From Limisphaerales bacterium (GTDB lineage Bacteria > Verrucomicrobiota > Verrucomicrobiia > Limisphaerales > UBA11358), in assembly GCA_025360325.1 (NCBI GenBank), contig JANYCI010000020.1, forward strand, positions 1-46,949: a DNA stretch of 46,949 nt. The letters are read 5' to 3'. The notes below the pieces were generated by a model. The model saw only the letters and a list, made by a program, of their open reading frames with translations, did not search any database and had not been told where the DNA came from. A program made the translations under genes and the position numbers. This document shows, one piece after another, positions 16,822 to 26,059 of the stretch (the first letter of the stretch is position 1; every line of letters starts with the position of its first letter).

Positions 16822-17925
16822 ATGAAAATACCGTTCGTTGACCTCCACGCCCAATACCTGACCATCAAACCGGAAATTGACGCGGCCATCGCCGATGTCA
16901 TTGCCAACTCGGCCTACATCCGCGGCCCGCACGTTGACAAATTTGAAAAGCTCTGGTCCGAGGCGGTGGGCATGAAGCATTGCGTATCGTGCGCCAACGG
17001 CACCGATGCGATCTACATCATCATGCGCGGCCTGGGCATCAAGCCCGGCGACGAAGTCATCACTACGGCGCACTCGTGGATTTCCACGACGGAGACCATC
17101 ACGCAGGCCGGCGGCAAAGTAGTTTTCACCGACACGGAACACGACACGTTCAACATCAACACCAAGCTGATCGAATCCAAAATAACTTCTCGCACCGTCG
17201 GCATCATTCCCGTGCATCTCTACGGACAACCGGTGGACATGGACGCGATCATGGCCATCGCCAAAAAACACAAGCTGTGGGTGATCGAAGATTGCGCGCA
17301 ATCACACTTGGCGCGGTTCAATGGCAAACAAGTCGGCACGTTTGGCAACGCCGCGACGTTCTCGTTTTATCCCGGAAAAAATCTCGGCGCTTACGGCGAC
17401 GCGGGCGGTCTCGTGACGAACGACGACAAGCTCGCTGACTGGTGCGCGACGTATGCCCGTCACGGCGGCAAAGGCGAGCACGTCATGGAAGGCATCAACA
17501 GCCGCCTCGATGGTTTGCAAGCGGCGATTCTCAACGTGAAAGTGCCGCACTTGCAAAAATGGACGGAAGCCCGCCGTAAAGTTGCCGCACGTTACAACGA
17601 ATTGCTCGCTGGCGTGGGTGATCTGGTGACGCCGAAAGTCGGCGCGAATCGTGACCACGTTTATCACCTCTACGTCATCCGCACCGAGAAGCGCGATGCG
17701 TTGAAAAAATTTCTTGGCGAAAAGGATATTGGCACCTCGCTGAATTATCCCAAGGCGCTGCCGTTTTATCCGGCGTATGCGTATCTCGGTCACAAGCCGG
17801 AAGATTTCCCGGTGGCTTTTGCCAACTCGTCGCGCATTTTGTCGCTGCCGATTTTCCCAGAGATGACGGACGCCATGATTTCGCACGTCGCGGAGCAAAT
17901 TAAAAAATTCTTCCAACAACATTGA
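16822..17925 (+). CDS. DegT/DnrJ/EryC1/StrS-family PLP-dependent sugar aminotransferase, WbpE-like
   Basis: IPFVDLHAQY start, GTDAIYI, FSFYPGKNLGAYGDAG (containing the PLP-lysine motif) and LSLPIFPEM are all typical of this family. Confidence 0.9.
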   Translation: MKIPFVDLHAQYLTIKPEIDAAIADVIANSAYIRGPHVDKFEKLWSEAVGMKHCVSCANGTDAIYIIMRGLGIKPGDEVITTAHSWISTTETITQAGGKVVFTDTEHDTFNINTKLIESKITSRTVGIIPVHLYGQPVDMDAIMAIAKKHKLWVIEDCAQSHLARFNGKQVGTFGNAATFSFYPGKNLGAYGDAGGLVTNDDKLADWCATYARHGGKGEHVMEGINSRLDGLQAAILNVKVPHLQKWTEARRKVAARYNELLAGVGDLVTPKVGANRDHVYHLYVIRTEKRDALKKFLGEKDIGTSLNYPKALPFYPAYAYLGHKPEDFPVAFANSSRILSLPIFPEMTDAMISHVAEQIKKFFQQH

Positions 17926-17926
17926 A

Positions 17927-19348
17927 ATGAAAACCGAAAAAGTTGAGACGCTGATTTTGGGAGCCGGGCCATCCGGTTTGGCGGCAGGTTGTGTGCTGGC
18001 GAAGGCGGGGCGAAAACCGGTCGTGCTGGAACGCGACAAGGTGGCGGGTGGGCTGATGCGTTGCCTGCATCGCGGCGAGTTCGTGGTGGATGTCGGGCGC
18101 AAGGAACTCTACAACCGGCTCGCGAAGGTGGACATGTTTTGGAGCGGCTTGCTCGGCGCGGACTATCGCGATTATCCGCATCGCGGCGGAATTTTGTATG
18201 ACGGCCACATCATTGATATGTCGCCGTCGTTTCAGGGTTTTCGGCGCGGGATGCCGCTGGGGATGTTCATCGGCTGCGCCTTCGATTTTCTCGGCGCGCG
18301 GCTTCGTGGCGGAACCCCGCGCAGCCAGCAGGAACATTTTTACAGCAAACGCGGACGCCGCCTGACGCAAATTTTTTCACAGGGCTTTCAGGAAAAATTG
18401 ACGGGGAAAAAATGGTCTGAACTTCCGCCGCCGGAAAACCGCGCGGGCGGTGGCGACGCCGGTTTCGTGGCCACGCTGCGGGCGATTGTGGAGCGGACGT
18501 TTTCCAAAAAGGAAGTGAACACGTTCAAAGGAATTTGGCGGCACCCCGCGAAAGGCACCGGACAAATTTGCGACCTGATGGCGCAGGGTATTCGCGCTGG
18601 CGGGCAGATGGCATTTGAGTCGCGAATTCTCGCGATGGAATCCAGCGGTGGGAAGGTGACCTCCGTGACGGCGGAAGTTGGCGGGGAGCAAATTGTCTAT
18701 CAGCCCACCAACGTCGTCTCGAGCATCCCGCTGGAAATTTTGGCGAAGCTGCTCCTGCCGCAATATTCCAACGCGAGCGGCAATAATCCCAAAGCCGTGG
18801 ACACGAAGCGCACGGTGGTGCTCGTCTATTTATTTTTGAACGAAGAGCCGCAGTTTCCGCAGGCGTGGCTGCAAGTCACCTGCCCGAAAACGCGGATTGG
18901 GCGCATCACCAATTACACCGCGTTCAACGGCGAAATGGTGCCGAAGGGAAAAACCTGCCTTTGCGCCGAGTTTTATTGCTACGGCGAAGACCCGCTGCTC
19001 CCGATGAAAAACGAGGAGATTGCCGAAGTGGCGCTGGCGTATCTCGACGAGATGAAGCTGGTGAACCGAACGAAATGTTTTGACCAACTGGTGTTGCGGT
19101 TGCCCGGCGCGGACGCCTCGCAAAACCGCGACAACTGGATGTCCAAGGAGCGCGTTCAACTCATGGCGGAATTCGACCAGTTCAAAAATTTATTTTTCGT
19201 CAACCGCACCGAAACCGATCTGGCCACGCTCGCGGGCATTGAAGCGGCAGAGGCAATTCTCTCCGGCAGCCGAGCCGAATTCGACCAGCACGTTGACCCC
19301 GCCGCGCTGCTGATCCGCAGCGAATCCAAAGCGTTTGCTTTCGCGTAG
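17927..19348 (+). CDS. FAD/NAD(P)-binding oxidoreductase (amine-oxidase / desaturase-like fold)
   Basis: N-terminal dinucleotide-binding motif ILGAGPSGLAAGCVLAKAGRKPVVLERDKVAGG. The start is 2 nt after the upstream stop. Confidence 0.75.
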   Translation: MKTEKVETLILGAGPSGLAAGCVLAKAGRKPVVLERDKVAGGLMRCLHRGEFVVDVGRKELYNRLAKVDMFWSGLLGADYRDYPHRGGILYDGHIIDMSPSFQGFRRGMPLGMFIGCAFDFLGARLRGGTPRSQQEHFYSKRGRRLTQIFSQGFQEKLTGKKWSELPPPENRAGGGDAGFVATLRAIVERTFSKKEVNTFKGIWRHPAKGTGQICDLMAQGIRAGGQMAFESRILAMESSGGKVTSVTAEVGGEQIVYQPTNVVSSIPLEILAKLLLPQYSNASGNNPKAVDTKRTVVLVYLFLNEEPQFPQAWLQVTCPKTRIGRITNYTAFNGEMVPKGKTCLCAEFYCYGEDPLLPMKNEEIAEVALAYLDEMKLVNRTKCFDQLVLRLPGADASQNRDNWMSKERVQLMAEFDQFKNLFFVNRTETDLATLAGIEAAEAILSGSRAEFDQHVDPAALLIRSESKAFAFA

Positions 19349-19360
19349 AGTTTTTTTGGA

Positions 19361-20830
19361 ATGCTTTTCAATTCACTGCATTATCTGATTTTCCTGCCGA
19401 TTGTCGTCGGCGGGTATTTCCTTTGCCCACACCGCTGGCGCTGGCTGCTGCTGCTCATCGCCAGCTATTATTTTTACATGTGCTGGAAGGCGGAGTATGC
19501 CGTGTTGCTCCTGATTTCAACCAGCGTCGCCTACGCCGCCGGCATCGGCATCGCGACGACGCCAGACCGGGGAAAGAAAAAATTATATCTATGGTCCAGC
19601 CTCACCGTGCTGCTGGGAATTTTATTCACGTTCAAGTATTTCAATTTTGTGAACGAAAGTTTGCGCGCAGTCTTGGCAAAATTTTCCGTCGCGATCACGA
19701 TTCCGTATTCCGAATTGCTGCTGCCTATCGGCATCTCGTTTTACACCTTCCAAAAAATCAGTTACATCGTGGATGTCTATAACGGGCAGTCGAAAGTCGA
19801 AAAACATTTCGGCGTGTTCGCGGTTTATTCCTGTTTTTTCCCGCAGCTCGTGGCCGGGCCGATTGAGCGGCCCAAACATCTGCTTCACCAATTTTACGAG
19901 CGGCATGATTTTTCCTACGAGAACGCCATCGCCGGTTTGCGCCAAATCCTTTGGGGCGTTTTCAAAAAAGTCGTCGTGGCCGACCGCGTGGCAATTTTGG
20001 TGAAGGCGGCGTATAGCGACCCGCACAGCTACACCGGTCTGCCGCTGCTCGTGGCCACGATTTTTTTCGCGTTCCAAATTTATTGCGACTTCTCCGGCTA
20101 CACGGACATCGCGCTCGGTTCAGCGAAATTGATCGGCTTCGATTTGATGGCGAATTTCCGGCAGCCGTATTTTTCCAAGTCCATCCCGGAGTTCTGGCGG
20201 CGCTGGCACATCTCGCTTTCGACGTGGTTCAAGGACTACCTCTACATTCCGCTTGGCGGCAACCGCGTGGCGAAATGGCGCTGGTATTACAACCTGTTCA
20301 TCACGTTTTTCATCAGCGGCCTCTGGCACGGGGCGAGTTGGACGTTCGCCGCGTGGGGTGCGCTGCACGGAATTTACATGGTGCTGGATTCTGTTTTCGG
20401 ACGCGGACGCGACTGGTTTCGCGCGAAGCTCAAAAGCGTTTTCGCGCAAACAACTTTTGATGGGTGCAACGTCGCGCTCACCTTCGCGCTCGTCGCGGTG
20501 GCGTGGATTCCATTTCGCGCCGCGAATTTTTCCGACGCGTGGTTCATCTTCACGCACCTGTTTGCGGGCGCAAATCACTGGCATGATTTGGGGACAGTCT
20601 CGCTGCAATTTCGTGGCATGGGCCTGAACGTGACGGAGCTGATGCTGTGTGTGCTCTTCATCGGCATCGTGGTGGTCTATGACTGGATTGACAGTCGCGG
20701 CGGCGTGTGGGAATCGCTCAAGACTAAACCGCTGCCAGTGCGTTGGGCGGTTTATTATGCGCTGATGATTTTGGTTTTATTTTTCGGGCCATACAACCAG
20801 GCGCAAAATTTTATTTATTTTCAATTCTAG
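19361..20830 (+). CDS. MBOAT-family membrane O-acyltransferase (AlgI/DltB-like)
   Basis: Multi-pass membrane protein with FFPQLVAGPIERP, FWRRWHISLSTWFKDYLYIPLGGNR and SGLWHGASW (containing the invariant His). Confidence 0.9.
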   Translation: MLFNSLHYLIFLPIVVGGYFLCPHRWRWLLLLIASYYFYMCWKAEYAVLLLISTSVAYAAGIGIATTPDRGKKKLYLWSSLTVLLGILFTFKYFNFVNESLRAVLAKFSVAITIPYSELLLPIGISFYTFQKISYIVDVYNGQSKVEKHFGVFAVYSCFFPQLVAGPIERPKHLLHQFYERHDFSYENAIAGLRQILWGVFKKVVVADRVAILVKAAYSDPHSYTGLPLLVATIFFAFQIYCDFSGYTDIALGSAKLIGFDLMANFRQPYFSKSIPEFWRRWHISLSTWFKDYLYIPLGGNRVAKWRWYYNLFITFFISGLWHGASWTFAAWGALHGIYMVLDSVFGRGRDWFRAKLKSVFAQTTFDGCNVALTFALVAVAWIPFRAANFSDAWFIFTHLFAGANHWHDLGTVSLQFRGMGLNVTELMLCVLFIGIVVVYDWIDSRGGVWESLKTKPLPVRWAVYYALMILVLFFGPYNQAQNFIYFQF

Positions 20831-20833
20831 GCC

Positions 20834-21805
20834 ATGCCGTTCCGACGATTTCTAAAAAAAGGTCTGCTGTTCGCCGCCCCATTTATTTTGTGGGCGCTGG
20901 CGGTGGTGGTCGTGGACCCGTTTGATTATTTCAACGTCTCGCGCGCGTTCACGGAGGAAAATAAAATCAAGAACGCGGCGTCGCTGAACTGGGTGGTGTT
21001 CAACATGCTCAAGGAAAAACACGCGCCGAGCGAGAACCTCATCATCGGCGATTCGCGCGCAGAAAATTTGCCGCTGGAACAGATCAACGAACTGACGGGG
21101 CAGAAATTTTTCCGGCTCTCGGCCAACGCGCTCAAGCTCAACGAAAGTTTTGATCTCTACGATTTCGCCATCAAACTCAAGCCGGTGAAGCGCGTGATCT
21201 TCACGTTGAATTTTAACGAGTTTAACGAATACTCGTTTGCTGACCGCGTGAGCAGCGTCGAGGCGATGATTCATAATCCGCTGATTTATCTGTTCGACCG
21301 CAGCGTGGCGCAGGCCGGCTACTACGTCGTGAAAGCGGCGTTGACGCAAAAAAAATCCGTGGATTTCACGCCGCCGATGCGCGAGGACGAATTTTGGGAT
21401 TACATCGTCAACGTGCGCGCCCGTGAACATTACGAACGTTTTCGCTATCCCGAAAATTTATACGCGCGGATGACGAACCTGACGGCGCAGGCAAAAAAAA
21501 ATGGGACGGAAGTGACGTTCATCATCGTGCCGCATCATGTGGATTTTCAAAAACGCGTCCGCGAATTTGGGCTGAACGATGCGTATCTGCGGTTCAAGCG
21601 CGACTTGAGTAAGCTGGATGCCCGCGTGGTGGATTTTGATTATTTGAACGACGTGACAACGAACCGCGACAATTTCACCGACCCGTTGCATTACAATGTC
21701 GCTCTCGCCAAAGTCATCATCAGCGAAGTGTTTCGCGGGCCGTTGAATAAAGGAAAACTGCTCGATGCGGCGTGGGCTGACGAGTGCGGAAAATTTTTGT
21801 TTTAA
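20834..21805 (+). CDS. Membrane-anchored SGNH-like partner of the MBOAT (functional analogue of AlgJ/AlgX/DltD)
   Basis: N-terminal TM anchor, a block I-like IIGDSRA and a block V-like DPLHYN near the C-terminus. It lies 4 nt downstream of the MBOAT gene. Confidence 0.55.
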   Translation: MPFRRFLKKGLLFAAPFILWALAVVVVDPFDYFNVSRAFTEENKIKNAASLNWVVFNMLKEKHAPSENLIIGDSRAENLPLEQINELTGQKFFRLSANALKLNESFDLYDFAIKLKPVKRVIFTLNFNEFNEYSFADRVSSVEAMIHNPLIYLFDRSVAQAGYYVVKAALTQKKSVDFTPPMREDEFWDYIVNVRAREHYERFRYPENLYARMTNLTAQAKKNGTEVTFIIVPHHVDFQKRVREFGLNDAYLRFKRDLSKLDARVVDFDYLNDVTTNRDNFTDPLHYNVALAKVIISEVFRGPLNKGKLLDAAWADECGKFLF

Positions 21806-21820
21806 GCCAGACCAAACCCT

Positions 21821-23197
21821 ATGCCTCCCAGTCTGGCCACCCTTATTTACCTGGCGTTTGTCGCGTATCTTTTCCGGCGCGATTTCCGGCAGAAGCCTAA
21901 CGTGACGGCGGCATTGTGGCTGCCGATCAGTTGGGTATTCATCAGCGGCACGCGGTTTATTTCGGGGTGGCTGGGAATGTTCGGGCTGAATTTCGGCGGC
22001 GCGAGCGTGGAAGAAGGCAGTCCGTTGGATGCGCTTTATTTTTTCGTCGTCATCCTGCTAGGCTTGCGGGTGCTGGCGCAGCGGCGGGTGCAACTGTCGG
22101 AATTCATCCGGTATAACCGCTGGGTCACAATCTATCTGCTGTTTTGCTTGGTTTCGATGTTGTGGTCAGATTTTCCGTTCGTGGCGTTCAAGCGTTGGAC
22201 GAAACTATTGGGGCAACCGATCATGGTGCTGATTGTGCTGACGGAGCCGGATCCGCGCGAGGCTATGGTGCGGCTCTTCAAACGGTGTGCCTATATCATC
22301 CTGCCGATTTCCATTTTGTTCATAAAATATTTTCCTGATTTGGGACGTGGATTTGACCAGTGGTCTGGTGCGGCCGTGAACTGCGGCATCACCACCAACA
22401 AAAACATCTTGGGACTGGACTGCATGATCTTGGGCTATTTTTTCATCTGGCATTTGATCAGTGTCTGGCAGTTACCGAAGGGGCGCGAGCGACGGGACGA
22501 ATTGATTTTAATCAGCGGTTTGCTGGCGATGGTTTTCTGGTTGTTGAACATGGCGCACAGTTCCACCTCGCTCGGCTGTATGCTGCTTGCGACGGGAATC
22601 ACGCTGGTGCTCGGATTGAAAATTATTAAGAAAGAGGCGTTAAATTTTTATATGGTCGGAGTGATCATCTTCGCGATCGTTGCCGAATTTGGTTTTCATG
22701 CCTCGGCGCTGGTGATCGAGGCCTTGGGCCGGGATGCCACGCTGACGGGGCGGACGGAAATTTGGGATATGCTGTTGCACTGGGATATCAATCCGGTGGT
22801 GGGAACGGGTTTTGAAAGTTTTTGGCTGGGTGAGCGTCGCGATAAAATCTGGGATATTTTTCCGGTGCTCCAATTGAACTCCGCGCACAATGGTTACTTG
22901 GAAACGTATATCAACCTTGGACTAGTCGGCCTGCTGTTGACGTTTGGCATGGCGTTGGCCACTTATTTCAAGGCCGCGCGCGCTTTGTTGAACGATTTTC
23001 ATTTTGGCCGGTTCCGGTTGAGTTACTTGATTTTGTTCCTCGTTTATAACTGGACCGAGGTTGGCTTTCGGACACACACTGTCCAGTTTTTCGTGTTTTT
23101 TCTGGTGGCGATAGATTACCCGAACGCGGGGCTGGCCTTGGCGGGAAAACCGGTGGCGACCAAAAACCAAAGCGCTGAAACCGACTACGAATTTTAA
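21821..23197 (+). CDS. O-antigen ligase / polymerase family (Wzy_C-type) polytopic membrane protein
   Basis: About 10-12 predicted TM helices, a large loop and the NSAHNGYLETYINLGLVGLLL motif characteristic of the O-antigen ligase-like family. Confidence 0.8.
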   Translation: MPPSLATLIYLAFVAYLFRRDFRQKPNVTAALWLPISWVFISGTRFISGWLGMFGLNFGGASVEEGSPLDALYFFVVILLGLRVLAQRRVQLSEFIRYNRWVTIYLLFCLVSMLWSDFPFVAFKRWTKLLGQPIMVLIVLTEPDPREAMVRLFKRCAYIILPISILFIKYFPDLGRGFDQWSGAAVNCGITTNKNILGLDCMILGYFFIWHLISVWQLPKGRERRDELILISGLLAMVFWLLNMAHSSTSLGCMLLATGITLVLGLKIIKKEALNFYMVGVIIFAIVAEFGFHASALVIEALGRDATLTGRTEIWDMLLHWDINPVVGTGFESFWLGERRDKIWDIFPVLQLNSAHNGYLETYINLGLVGLLLTFGMALATYFKAARALLNDFHFGRFRLSYLILFLVYNWTEVGFRTHTVQFFVFFLVAIDYPNAGLALAGKPVATKNQSAETDYEF

Positions 23198-23328
23198 CGG
23201 CGGCGAATGAAACCGCCTGTCCCGTAAACCAGTCGCCAAAGAAAAGTGCTTGGTTTTGTTTCATTCTTACCGATGACGGGGCTGCGGCATACGGCTGCCA
23301 AGAGGTCGCCCGGTTCGACAAACAAACC

Positions 23329-23357
23329 TTGGCCTGTTTGCTGCTTTAGCCTATACT
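23329..23357 (+). promoter_or_regulatory. Candidate internal sigma70-like promoter (TTGGCC-N17-TATACT)
   Basis: Read directly from the 169-nt gap before the beta-helix gene. The -10 hexamer ends only 9 nt before the ATG at 23367. Confidence 0.3.
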
Positions 23358-23366
23358 AGATTAGTT

Positions 23367-24965
23367 ATGACCATAAAAATTGAGACGCCATTTTTTCGGA
23401 TGAGCCAAGTGGCCGTGATGTTTTTTGCAACGGCGATTCTGACCGGATGGGCCAATACCTATACGGCTCCATCGGCGGAAGAATCGTCAGTGGCGGCGAC
23501 GATCAGTAGTGCTTCGCCCGGCGACACCGTGATCATCCCTCCGGGCACCGCCACTTGGAGCACCCCGCTGGTAGTCCGGGATATCAAACTGCTTGGCAGC
23601 GGCACCAACTTGACGGTCATCATTGACAATCTGGATCGGAACGCGAATCCGAATCCGCCTTTGATTTTTGTGCATGGCACCGGTTCTTACACGCTAGAGT
23701 TTGGAAATTTTCAACTGGTCGGTGGCAATGGAACTCGCAACTGGCATGGTGAAATTGCCGTGGACTATACCGGCCCCATTCGGATTCACGACATTTTTTA
23801 CAACCTTACCAATGACAAGGGGCTGATGCTTTACGGGGCCAATCTAGCCTTGGTGGATCATTGTTACTTTAAGTTGAAATATGGGGCGCTTTTGATTCGC
23901 GACACGGGTTATGGCGATGCGTCGTGGGCCACGTCGCCACACTATGGCACGGCCTTGATGCCCGTCATTGAGGACTGCTACTTCACTAACACCGACCATG
24001 CATCCACTTCGGACATGGTGGTAGATTGCGAGTTTGGCGGGCGCTGCACGTTTCGGCACAATAAAGTGCTTTACACCTACTTTGAAGTTCACGGCACCGA
24101 AAGCGGTGCCCGGCAACGCGGCGGGCGGGCGTTTGAAGTTTACAGCAATTCCTTCCAGCAAGATCCCGCCTACAACCTCCCCTGTATCAACTTGCGTGGC
24201 GGCTCGGGCGTTTTTTACGGCAATACTTGCAGCGGCACCACCACCTTCTCCACCATCAACGTGAATCGCGCCACGCAACGCTTCTCGCCGTGGGGCGGGG
24301 CGGATGGGCTGACAGCATGGGACGACAATGCCGGAACCAATTTTCTTTCCGGCACCCACTCCGGCCCGAGTGGCGTCAACTATTTGCAAGTGGCGGGCGC
24401 AAACTGGGCGGTGAACCAATGGGTCGGCTACACCGTGGTCAATCTGAGTTTCACCAACCTTTGGCGATACGCCGACAATTTCATCACCAACTATACCGAT
24501 GAGAAGATCTATAATTTTTCCGTTATCACCAGCAACAGCACGGACAAAATTTTCTATCCCAGCTCCAAGGACAATGGCTTCATGTATTTCACCAACGGCC
24601 ATAGTTTTGTCATCAATAAAGTCAACCATGTGCTTGATCAGGCGGGTATGGGCAGCGGCGATTTGGTCGTGGGTGATATGCAGCCGTGGGGACCCAACCC
24701 CACCGTCAGCACCACTGGCGTAGCGCAATGGCCGCATCAAGTCACCGAAGGCATTTATTCTTGGAACAACACGCTCAACGGTGCCAACGTCGGCTTTCGT
24801 TCCGGCTTTCCACACTGCCAGTTGAACCGTGATTATTTTAACGACACCCCCAAGCCCGGCTACACCCCGCTGGTGTATCCGCACCCGCTCCAAGGTGCCA
24901 CCAACGGCCCCACCAACGGCGGCAACACCTTGCAGCCCCCGGCGCGCGTCTGGGTGCAGTATTGA
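23367..24965 (+). CDS. Secreted right-handed parallel beta-helix protein (pectate-lyase-fold; candidate glycan depolymerase or modifying enzyme)
   Basis: Signal-peptide-like N-terminus (K/R n-region, VAVMFFATAILTGWA). ASPGDTVIIPPGTATWSTPLVV...IKLLGSG is typical of beta-helix proteins. The C-terminus is Gly/Asn/Thr-rich with YTPLVYPHPL. Confidence 0.7.
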   Translation: MTIKIETPFFRMSQVAVMFFATAILTGWANTYTAPSAEESSVAATISSASPGDTVIIPPGTATWSTPLVVRDIKLLGSGTNLTVIIDNLDRNANPNPPLIFVHGTGSYTLEFGNFQLVGGNGTRNWHGEIAVDYTGPIRIHDIFYNLTNDKGLMLYGANLALVDHCYFKLKYGALLIRDTGYGDASWATSPHYGTALMPVIEDCYFTNTDHASTSDMVVDCEFGGRCTFRHNKVLYTYFEVHGTESGARQRGGRAFEVYSNSFQQDPAYNLPCINLRGGSGVFYGNTCSGTTTFSTINVNRATQRFSPWGGADGLTAWDDNAGTNFLSGTHSGPSGVNYLQVAGANWAVNQWVGYTVVNLSFTNLWRYADNFITNYTDEKIYNFSVITSNSTDKIFYPSSKDNGFMYFTNGHSFVINKVNHVLDQAGMGSGDLVVGDMQPWGPNPTVSTTGVAQWPHQVTEGIYSWNNTLNGANVGFRSGFPHCQLNRDYFNDTPKPGYTPLVYPHPLQGATNGPTNGGNTLQPPARVWVQY

Positions 24966-24990
24966 TGAATTCCGTTTCCGCACCGACCCC

Positions 24991-25009
24991 GTTTGCGCAG
25001 GGCGCAAAC
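24991..25009 (+). other. Perfect 8-bp hairpin with 3-nt loop between the beta-helix gene and the SDR gene
   Basis: GTTTGCGC-AGG-GCGCAAAC, read directly. It is followed by an A-rich rather than T-rich tract, so it is not a canonical terminator. Confidence 0.4.
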
Positions 25010-25021
25010 CATAACTAAAAA

Positions 25022-26059
25022 ATGAGCGTCGAATCCATCGTCACGCCCGCTGATAAAATTCTGATCACCGGCTCCAACGGCTTCATTGGCACGCGTGCCT
25101 TGGAAAATTTATTGGCGCGCGGATTTTTCAATCTGCGCTGCTTCGTGCGGCCTTCGAGCAAACTCGAAAAACTCCAAAAAATTCTCGCGCAATTTCCCGC
25201 CGCGAAAAATGTCGAGATTGTCGCGGGCGATTTGTTATCGCGCGAAGATTGTCGCCGCGCCGCGAAAGATGTCGCCGTCATCGTTCACCTCGCGGCGGGC
25301 TTTGATAAATCCTTTGCCGGCGCATTCATGAATTCCGCGCTCGCCACGCGCAATTTGCTCGACGCCTTTCTCGAACTTGGTAAACCGCGCCGCTTCGTCA
25401 ACGTCAGTTCGTTCGCCGTGTATTCCAATTTCAAAATGGAACGGCACGCGTTGCTTGATGAAAATTGCCCGCTCGAAACCGAGCCGCAAGCGCGCAACGA
25501 CGCCTACGGTTTCGGCAAACTCAAACAGGAACAACTCGTCCGCGACTACGGTGCGCAGCGCGGATTAAAATGGGTCATCCTCCGCCCCGGTATGGTCTAT
25601 GGCCCCGGCAAATCCGATTTGAGCGGTCGCATCGGCATCAACACATTTGGATTTTTCATCCACCTCGGCGGGCGCAACGAGATGCCGATGACCTTTGTGG
25701 ACAACTGCGCCGACGCGATTGTGCTTGCCGCGCTCAAGCCCGGCGTGGACGGCGAAATTTTCAACGTCGTGGACGACGAGCGTTGGACGAGTAAAGAATT
25801 TCTCGCCGCGCGCAAAGAAACCAAAAACTTTTTTTCCGTGTGGCTGCCGTATCCGCTGATGAAATTTGGCTGCGGACTCTGGGAAAATTTTTCCAAGAAA
25901 CGTCACGGCCAGTTGCCGCCGGTGTTCAACCGTCGCCGTTGCGCCGCCGAGTGGGGCGGCAATACTTTTTCCAACGAGAAGCTGCACAAGCTGCTCGGCT
26001 GGTCGCCGAAAATTAAGACAGTGGACGCGATGAAACTCTTTCTCGCTCAATATAAATGA
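25022..26059 (+). CDS. NAD-dependent epimerase/dehydratase (extended SDR)
   Basis: ILITGSNGFIGTRALENLL (GxxGxxG) and a YGFGK (YxxxK) catalytic motif. Confidence 0.85.
   Translation: MSVESIVTPADKILITGSNGFIGTRALENLLARGFFNLRCFVRPSSKLEKLQKILAQFPAAKNVEIVAGDLLSREDCRRAAKDVAVIVHLAAGFDKSFAGAFMNSALATRNLLDAFLELGKPRRFVNVSSFAVYSNFKMERHALLDENCPLETEPQARNDAYGFGKLKQEQLVRDYGAQRGLKWVILRPGMVYGPGKSDLSGRIGINTFGFFIHLGGRNEMPMTFVDNCADAIVLAALKPGVDGEIFNVVDDERWTSKEFLAARKETKNFFSVWLPYPLMKFGCGLWENFSKKRHGQLPPVFNRRRCAAEWGGNTFSNEKLHKLLGWSPKIKTVDAMKLFLAQYK

Noticed and set aside
21493-21501. Homopolymeric A9 tracts inside coding sequence as phase-variation switches: here in the SGNH-like gene, and at 6307-6315 in the phosphoglycosyl transferase tail.
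   Set aside because: A7-A9 and T7 runs are scattered through many genes of this window, for example near 8848, 13566, 32727, 40118 and 46747. They encode Lys or Lys-Asn and look like a general compositional habit of the genome rather than dedicated contingency tracts. The 6307 tract lies beyond the catalytic domain.
23199-23217. Hairpin GGCGG-N9-CCGCC right after the ligase/polymerase stop codon, as a possible terminator.
   Set aside because: It has only a 5-bp stem, a 9-nt loop and no adjacent T-run, so it is too weak to call.
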